This document shows, one piece after another, positions 54,854 to 64,000 of a stretch of DNA of 64,000 nucleotides. Source of the DNA: Paramecium tetraurelia (Eukaryota); the NCBI GenBank assembly GCA_000165425.1, contig CT867991.1, forward strand, positions 124,001-188,000, written 5' to 3'. Each line of letters starts with the position of its first letter. The first letter of the stretch is position 1. The notes below the pieces were generated by a model. It made no database searches, was not told the origin of the DNA, and was given only the letters and a program-made list of their open reading frames with translations. Made by a program: the position numbers and the translations under genes.

Positions 54854-55378
54854 TATTTTATTTATGTTGGGTTTTTGAATCATTTGTAAAACAAAATTTA
54901 GTATGTATAATATTGTTGAATAACTAAAATAATTTAAAAATAAAGGGTGTGGCAAATGACTCTAAAATATTTCAATTATTCGCTATAATATTTATTATTG
55001 AAATAACACTCAATATATATAATAAAAATTATTTTAATAAATCTAAAAATTATATTATAAAATAGAGTATTGTGGGAGTTATATAAACAGAATTAATTTA
55101 TGAGAATAAGCAAATGTCTACAAGATTGATTGGGAGTGAAATATATTTCTCAGAAAAAGAGTTATCACTGAAGTTCAGCATGCCACTGTTCTTTTCTAAT
55201 AACTGAACTTATCTATATAATTGGTGAATTTAATACATATAAAATTTATTTTATGTTATTGACTTACACAACTGGAGGGAAGTAGTTTTGTATATATTCG
55301 AATAATCAAACAAAATTAGTTTTAAAATAGTTCATATATATAGCTAATTGCGAAGAATTAAAATTCAATAATAAATAT

Positions 55379-55910
55379 ATGGATAATCTTAACACATGTT
55401 TAATGATGCTGAATGTTTAAAGCACGTAGGAGAGTGAATGTCCAAAAGATGAATTGAATGATTCGATAGATCTATATATGGACTCAAAGATTAGTGCAAT
55501 TGAAATTCGGATTGTGAAATATTTGCATGGGATGGGAATTTAGACCAAAACAGATCCAGGACAGAAGGAATAACAATATTGGAATTCGAAAAGGCTTGAG
55601 AGTAATAAGAAATTAGAACAGTTTTGGAGTGGTACCAATCTTCCAATGAACTCTTCCTTAACTCGTTTATTGAAGGGTCGTTAATCTCAAACATTTTAAC
55701 ATTTTGGACAGAGTGGAAAATCTGTTCAAGATTTTGGAACTTACTGAAATTCGAGTACGTGAACAGTTGAGTTAATTGATTTTAGTATATTAAATTTATT
55801 CTTTTGAAATTTATACATATGGAAAAATAGTTTATTTTTTAAAGAAGCTATTTGAAGGATTTAGAAAAAAGGGATGTAATATAACCTTCATACGACTTCA
55901 AAAGAAAATG
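55379..55910 (+). CDS. Small hypothetical protein
   Basis: MDNLNTCLMML..SIDLYMDSKISAIEIRIVKYL; 3' exon structure uncertain. Confidence 0.5.
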
Positions 55911-56051
55911 ACCTAGCCAAGAAGTCTGTTGAGGAAATTTCTAGTGTATTCCATTCTTACAATTAATAGTTTTTAAGCTTAACAATTGGGATTTCTCGTA
56001 TATTCTAAATTGATTAATATTGTTTTATAATAATATTGGAAATTTTTACAT

Positions 56052-59000
56052 TCATTCATATTCACTGATTGCCTCTAAAATGCAAGCAATTGACCAAGCT
56101 TGAGCTCTACATGAAAATATATTGTATTCTCCATTTCCATTGGTCATCTCAGGCAAGGAATACCTAGGTCTAACTTTAATAGGAATACCATTCGTTTTGA
56201 TGCAGAGTTATTTTGTGGTTCGACAAATAGGAATAAAACAGCTGTCTGTTGATGTGTTCCTTGCCATGGATAGCAATCAAGGCCTTGATGAAGTATCCAT
56301 ATACCCACACCCATTCTGGTCCATTATGATAAGAGAAACCGTGAGATACATTGAAGATGTGAGATTAATCGTTGTTATCATAAAAATGAACATATTCCGA
56401 AGCAGCAGGATCAAGAGTCTTGACCCCAATGGAGCCTTCTCTTAACAGACAGGCTTCAACAGTAGCCAAATGGAACATGGCCTTTTCCTTGTGAAACAGT
56501 TCAGGAGCCAATCCTATAGCAATACTAGCATTGCATCTTAATTGATATTCATTTCTGGGCTTCGATGATTTAACAAGATCCTTATAGATTTGGCGATGTC
56601 TAACATGTTTTTCAACAATATGATATTCTTAGTAATTTGGATCGTTTTATTTTGGAATGTAGTAATACTTTTCAAAATTAACAAGTAAGAAATGAGACCA
56701 TTCTTTGAAGAGTAGTTTCTTACCATTAGGACATATAACACCATCATAAGGATAATGATTTTGAGCATGACTGACAAAATCTAAGCAAACCTTGAGTAGA
56801 GCTGTCAATTCAATTGGTGCCCCATCTCTACTAGTAGCAGGAATTCCTCTATTAACATCAGATGAGCCCATTTTATCCATCCATGTCAAACAATTTAGCC
56901 AATTTCCACCTACAATAAAACCAGTCTATTCATCCAAACACAATGAAAATGTTGAATCCTTCTGATTACATGCAATTATCTATTTGATTTCCTGCTCTCC
57001 ATTCTCTATATTTAATTCCAGAAGCATGACTCTAAAAGATCTTTTGAATAATTTCTGCAATAGTTTTCTTAATGATAACTCCTTAAGATTTCAATTAGTA
57101 GTGTTTATCCATATCATCATCTAGGAATATCATTTGGACTTCTTCATTAAGAATGTCAGTCTTTCCTGCAAATTGCACGTAATCTTTGACTGCTTTAATG
57201 TACCACCAGCAAGCATCTCTGCAATTGTATCTTGGATTATGGCCTGAATCCAATAAGTTAGGGATGAGGCCATGTCTTAAACAAGAACCAAAAGTTAATA
57301 AAGCCTCTCTTGCTTCAGCCAGTAATCCATTTTCTAGATAAATTCCTTTAAAGGATATGAAAGTGTCTCTGCCCCATGATCTGGCCCAACCAGTAGTAAA
57401 ATGTGGTAATCCTGCTGACATCGATTTTGAGGAAGGTAGTTCGGCAATGAAATTGATATGAAGCTAGCTTCAACTCTCTTTTAAAACTATGAACTTTAGA
57501 GATTAGTAATGGATAACATACAGTTGTTGTAGATGCAATCAACAAACTTACAGAAATAGGATGGAATATGAAAACGAGGTATGTTCTTAATTTATTGTGT
57601 GATAGAATTGATTAATTTAGATATTTCCAATTATCCAAGTTAGCGTTGTACTCTATCATTCAAATAGTCCAATAACCAATCTCCATTTCTCAAATTTTCA
57701 CAGATGGGATGTGCCAAATTATTAACAGTTTAAGCTTCTCTGGTGGCAGAGCGAGGACCAGCAAAACCAGCATAAATAAGTTGTCTGTAGTTGGGAATGA
57801 AATACAATCCAGTATTATTTTTGTCTCTTTCTTCAGGTTCAGACATAAAAAGTAAGTAATTTAATTAGGATGAACTCAAAGCTTTGAAATGTTGCAATTA
57901 GGAAGCATCATTTAAAATGGTTTCTAGGGATTGTAAATTCTTCTGTTATTCAGGGTCAATGTGGCATTCGATGACTGCAGTGAATGAGGAGGGTAAATTG
58001 ATGAATCTTAATTCATTGTCTTAGATTTCAGCGAATTCCCTAATATTCTGATGCTAGATGATCCTGACTTATGATGCCTCTATGATTTGATTATTCTACT
58101 CAGGAAATTATATGAAATCTTCATGATAGAATATTGCATCTACTTTGACAATTTGTCCTGGCAATTTGATTGAACTAAATGAATTGGGAATTCCAAATGA
58201 AGGGACAGTAATCAAAACCTTAGATCTGCACTTGTCTTATGTTTCTCTGGTGATGATTTAAATAGTATCACTTTAATTTTAACAAAAGATGAAAGGGAAG
58301 GATTGATTAAGTTCCTCCTTAATCTGATGTAATTTGAATCTAACTAATTCCATGGTTGTCAGTAACTTAGTAGGATTAGGTTCTACTATTAATTTCCTAT
58401 TAATTTGATCGACCCAATTGGAGTTGACTTTATATTTATATTCATAAAATCCTTCATTCAACTTCAAAGTTGAAGTATAAATGTTATGATGAGCATTCAA
58501 AACTAAACCTCTTTGCCAATTATCCCAGGATCCAAACACTTCTACAAATTAATTAGGTGATCCATCAAACCTGAATGCTATTATTGATTGTCTTTCTACA
58601 ACCACATTTTCAGTGGGAGGCACGATATTATATATTCTCCTTTCATCTACAACTGATAACCTATTTGGCAAGAAACAATCATATCCCCTGACAGTTCCAC
58701 CCATACAACTACTAAATGTAATTAAAGCTGCAATTGGTAATTGATGTCTGTAACCATGAGTGGAGATCAATGACTCATTATCATGTGATTACTCATAAAT
58801 CAAAGCAGGACTATATTAAGGTTAGAGGATAGTAAAGGTTTCATTGATTGATTCAAATTATTCTTGTAATTTGGGTAAAGATCCAATGGACATTCTACCA
58901 TCTCCACTATAATAATGTAATTCCCTATTCAAATGACCAGCATCATGACACCTGTTAGTTTCTCTAACCAAACAATTGATACCCATAGTTTTTGTAAATA

Positions 59001-60731
59001 TTGAATCTTTCTCCGGAGATCCCGTGAACAACTCAGCAAAGACTAGGATGTTTGGATTGGCTTTCCTTGCCTTCCTCATCATATATTCTCTAGGTTAAGA
59101 TCAAATAAACTAAATACCCTACGATCATGGGAGTTGAATGGGCATTATCCAATCTCAACCCTGCGAATATCTTGGCCATCTATTGAACATATTTCTTCAT
59201 GTATTTCCACAATGCAGGACTGTCCTATTTCTTGTGTCCATATCTAAGCTTCACCAAGTCTCCCCATATTACAATTGTCCTTCTCAAATAATGATGTTCC
59301 TGGTTCTCTGCGAAATTATTCAAAGGATCGAAGCCTTAAATCCATCCATTATTGGCCACATATTTTCCATTGCTTAACTTAGTGAAATATCTTGGAACCA
59401 GAGAATCTCCCTTTTCGTTTACTTCCACGAAGGGATTCTTCAATGTCAATTTCCACCAAGTGACTTAGCCTCTGGTAGAATTCATAGCTTCTCTGATGTA
59501 GGATTCAGCTTCGTTCCAAAATTGGTGATTATAATATTGCAACAATTCTTGGATGTATTCCAAAGACACCTTCTTGTAATTCTCATCTTTGCTACCATTA
59601 TTATTGAAATATATACTTCAGAAATTCAATTATTGCATCGTAATTTAATGATACTCCATATTCCTTATAACCTTTTAAGATTGTCTCCTTTCCTATCAAT
59701 TGGAGCATGACTTCACTTGCACTTTTAATGAAGATGTTTTGATTCTCCTCCAATTACTCACTCTTGTTTTTTACTATTTTATTGCATCTAGTCTGTATTT
59801 CATTTACAACTGCATTTATATTGAATTAGAAGTATCCATGAATATTCAATTTTCTTATGTACTCATGTTCCAAAATGTCCATAACTTGATTCAGATCATT
59901 TTCGTTATAAATTGTGTTTCTGGGATATTGAGTCAACACACCTGATCCTAATTTATTGCTAAATTCTGCAATAGCACAATCCATTAGAATGGCTGCTTCT
60001 AAATGGGGTGAATTCTTAACATTATAAGTAGCATTTTCAAATTCTGGTTGAACTAACCAACTGGAATCAAACGCAGTGTGATTTAATAGGATATCTATAA
60101 AAAAGTAAGTGTTTGGAAATTTAGCAAAAAGTTATTTTAAATCATCATATGTGTGATTCCCAAAAATGTCAGTATTCAACTTTTGCTGATCAGCAATTGC
60201 ATATAAACTGGGTGATTGTCCCAACTGTTAAATAGGCGGGAAATGGAAAGCCTCGTAACCCAAATCGACTTGAGAACGAATTTACTTTTCGTAATCCTCA
60301 AACTTGCCCAAACAGTAGGGTAGCAGTGTCTATATGGTGATTTCCTAGAGTTTATCGACATGATTTGGCTAAACTATTATGTGATTCTCCACTCCCAAGA
60401 CTACAGGCTTATCCTGAGCAACAAACCAACACAATCTCAAATAAGCTGCACCAGTCAATGCAAATTCAACGTCCACCTTCCAATCACCTGATGAATCGAG
60501 TGTAAATCCTTTTACTTCATGATGTTGCTAAATTTATTTCAAAGTCAAATTATCCATCTCATATACATGCTTATAACCTTTTTGCATGATCACGTGTGGA
60601 TGATAGCCTTGTTTGCGATTGCGAACGAAGATTCTAACTATCTGATGTTGGCGCACATAGATGGCCTTGTCGTGACTACCTTCAATTTCTCCCTTTTAAT
60701 TTAGTTCTAAGAAGAATCTATCCTGTTGCAT
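56052..60731 (-). CDS. AGL: Glycogen debranching enzyme (4-alpha-glucanotransferase/amylo-1,6-glucosidase) with internal CBM48-like module; apparent +1 frameshift
   Basis: [88 protein letters not shown] 60731, TGA 56052-56054. Confidence 0.93.
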
Positions 60732-60783
60732 TATTAATATATTTTTTCTTTAATCGAATCTAGATGAATTAACATAAATAATT

Positions 60784-62079
60784 TCAACGATTAATACAAC
60801 CAAGAGAAATAAGGATTCTTCTGAAGAAAGTCTGTTCTGGCTGCTCGTTTAAGGGCTAAGTTTGGTGGAACACAAAATGCTGAGATCTGTTTTTCATCTC
60901 TTCCCATTCCTTGCTGTTGGTTTTCCTTTCAGAAACAAATGTTGGACAAGATTTTATAGGAGAATGACTAAATTCGTCCATCAGCACAGAGATGCTTTTG
61001 GAATTTAACTGATCGTTGCGAGACTAATACTTTGACTTCGATGACATCCATTTATGATTGAGAATACCTTAAATAGAAGGTCTATTAAATGGATTCGCTT
61101 GCAGAATCATGGCAATCAATGCTTTGCAGTCTTCACTCACGAACTCCTCGTACTTCAACTGCTACCCTGACAGAATGGCTACACACTTTTCCTAATCATT
61201 TCTTCCTGTAAAAGGAGGCTTACCTTGAACCATCTCATACAACAATACGCCCAAACACCAGATGTCCAATTTGAAATTGGTACTCTGAGACTTGATCATC
61301 TCTGGTGCCATGTACTCGATGGTTCCACAAAAGGCCTTCTTTAGATTATCCATTTCAGTGGACCACCCAAAATCGCATATCTTTATATTCCCCTTCGCAT
61401 CCAGCAAAAGATTCTCTGGCTATATAGATATGACCCATAATTCAACCTTTATGTCCCGGTGGATTATCTTCATCTTGTGTAAGTACTCTATTCCTAAACA
61501 AGTCTGATAGAGATAATGAAAGGCTTCCTCCTCCGAAAGTCGACGCTCCTTTTTGATCTTTTTAAATAGAGAACCTCCTTCCGCATACTCCAAAATGAGA
61601 TAGACATTGGTCTTTTCTTTAAATCATACTCATACCTTGTCTTCGAAATAACTATCCAATTTAATAATATTAGGATGATGCAATTTGCGTTAAATTTTTA
61701 TCTCCCTCTTCAAATTATCCACTGTACAGTACTTAAAGAGTTCTTCCTTCCTCATCTATGACATTGAACATTCAATAATACTGCTTTCATGGCAAATAGA
61801 TTTCCAGTCTTAATCTCCTTAACTAAAGTCACCCAACCAAAAGAGCCTTATCCCAACGTTTGCTGCATTGACTAAAAGTCACTACCTTCAAATGTTTTCA
61901 ATACCTGTGGGTTTTCTTTTGAATTTTGCTTGAAGATGCTTTGCTGCTTGATCCAGGCATATTCGTACTAGTCTTACTCCAAAAACATACCAATTAGAGT
62001 CATGCTTTGAAATCGAGGTGTTCAATTTTAGACTCCGACTTTCGCTTTGACTCTCTATAAATACTGTATTAGAGTTCAT
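60784..62079 (-). CDS. Ser/Thr protein kinase, Aurora-like
   Basis: LGQGSFG, AMK, REIKIQRKLHHPNI, HRDIK/PENLLLD, DFGWS, FCGTIEYMAPE; ends FFRRILISLGCINR-TGA. Confidence 0.92.
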
Positions 62080-62879
62080 TAATATATAAAATATATTTTA
62101 AAAAACTCAAACAACATCTTACGCCTCCACTATTCCCCACAAATTTCGGTTTTTCCAACTAACTCCAAGACCTAACATGCAGTCCCTTATCAACTATTTC
62201 ACATTTGTATCTTGCTCTTAACGCTTTTTCTCAAACTTATTGTTAGCTTTCCCCTTCTTGTTTTAGTCGTACTTACGATCCTACGAACTTACTATGATTT
62301 TAATAAGTAATCCTACTCTCCTAATAGTGATTTTATCAATAATTTTCTTAATTGATTTATACTTTATAGTTGATGTATTTTATGACAAATGTAATTCGCA
62401 AAGAGAACAAACAATCAAACAACATTAATCAATTCAACCTTACTGGTTTGATTAAAACCTCAATTCCATTGTCCAACCTTGATTGAATATCTTCATTTAT
62501 TCAATCTACTTGCTGCTAATTTACAATGGAGTATGAATACCTACACTTTTTTCGTTTTTTTTGATTTATTTAGTAGTAATATAAATTTATACTTATGTTA
62601 TGTTTAAGAATGGTCAATATTTGGTTTTTTTTGTTTCGCATTATATCAGTCTGGCTGATTAAAATAGTTCTAAATATCAACTTGCCGCTGGGTTTCTACT
62701 GAGATATTCTATTTGGAAGGCTCGTATATTTATAAAAAATTAATTAATTTATATTGGAACATTTTTCAATTGTTTTATTCTATTTTGTTATGCTTAAAAA
62801 TATATTATATAATCACTAAATATTCAGGCACTTGATATCGAGGTAATAAATAATTATTATATTTTAATATAGCAAATTA

Positions 62880-64000
62880 TCAAATTATTTAGTTATTGTC
62901 TGATTTCGATGAAAATAATCTACTAATTATCTTCGTTTAGGGAGTTCTTTGCAGAAAATTCTTTGGTTTCTATGAACCTCCAGTTGATTAAAAGGCAAAT
63001 TGCTATTTAGTACTTGCTTGAGGGGATTAGATTTACGGTAACTGATTGAATTGATCGGGCTTATCCATACCAATTATTTTGTATGCTTATTTCATTTGAT
63101 TTTGAGATTCAAGAGAGTCTCTTAGATGCTCTTAAGCAGTTCTTGATTTTCTTGCCACATCATCATTTGGTAGATTGAAACTAATAAATTCATTGACAGG
63201 AGTAATAGTCTATTTCGAGGAATTTGTTCTCAGAGCTGTTTCTTATTGGGATTATTGTCCAATGGAACCATACCCAATTAGTTGATTGTTGTATATTTTC
63301 TTTGTTTAATTAATTCGGGGTAAAAACGCAGTTGAATTAGACTTTTGCATTTATTCACTATTGTATTGAGATTGTCTGCTATCTAACAATGATTTTTGAT
63401 AGGATGGATATTCTGGTTAAATAAAATCTTCATTTTATTTGGTAGGTATGAGTTTTCGAACAGGTTATAAGTCAGCCATACTGATGTTGAATTCGTTGTC
63501 TGAAATTTTGAGAGGCTAGCCAAACTTGATATTGGCGTTTCTTTGGAAGCCAGGGGCCACAGAGTTATTCTGGAGTATATTAATTTATTCATTGTTTGTT
63601 TTGGGCTGGGGTGGCGAGAATGGTTTAACCGAAGGAACTTTATTTAATTTAGGAGGGGAGCTAATTAGAGATTATTTGATACCCAAACTTATGCATGACA
63701 GGAGTGATATGATTATTTTATGCAAACTATTTAGTAGATTTAGCCAGCGTGACTTTTTTCAAAGTTTGAGATGGTCTCTTTTCAATATTTATTTGAGGTT
63801 ACAAATTCTTTTTGCCTTCTGAACTAATCTTGAATGCCTATTCTTTAGGTGATTTGAAGGGCACTCTTTATATTTGTTTTTATTAAAATTTAATGGATTG
63901 TCCCAATGAGCTTAATTGTGGATTAAAAAATTAAGCTGTTTACTTCATTTCCTATTATAATCGACTATCATCAAATGAAGCTTAATCTTGGTGATTTATC
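62880..64000 (-). CDS. Hypothetical Ser/Gln/Asn-rich protein, 3' part; starts beyond the window
   Basis: Coding-like frame under the ciliate code ending DNNQII-TGA at 62880-62882. Confidence 0.55.

Noticed and set aside
61880..62000. Premature TGA near the 5' end of the kinase
   Set aside because: Two 23-nt GT-AG introns remove the stop and restore the frame.
62100..62870. Coding-like fragments on the minus strand upstream of the kinase
   Set aside because: No consistent ORF or exon chain could be built; too weak to call.
1..64000. tRNA, rRNA, telomeric repeats, transposase or reverse transcriptase
   Set aside because: None recognised by eye; a covariance-model or HMM search would be needed to exclude small RNAs.

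Overview
AT-rich, gene-dense eukaryotic DNA with the hallmarks of a ciliate macronuclear genome, most likely Paramecium. TAA/TAG read as Gln, TGA is the only stop, introns are tiny (about 20-36 nt, GT..AG) and many intergenic spacers are only 20-200 nt. The supplied ORF track stops at TAA/TAG and ignores introns, so it shows only fragments; genes were re-read by hand with the ciliate code. About 30 genes were found: choline-transporter-like (partial), RBR E3 ligase, two tandem acylated IQ-MORN proteins, ER thioredoxin-fold protein (KDDL), PH/START-like/OSBP lipid-transfer protein, TTLL tubulin ligase, Cys-to-Ser pseudophosphatase, BAH-PHD reader, CNBD K+ channel, TPR gene with one 102-nt exon per repeat, formin, acyl-CoA synthetase, GDT1/TMEM165, septin/AIG1-like GTPase with a Cys/His cluster, two Aurora-like kinases, glycogen debranching enzyme, and several hypothetical proteins. 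Three decayed regions (about 29.8-32.0, 43.1-45.3 and 50.3-52.5 kb) look like pseudogenes. The most striking structure is the one-TPR-per-exon array with a convergent, broken array of the same design beside it. Coordinates and family calls come from manual reading and motif recognition, not database searches.
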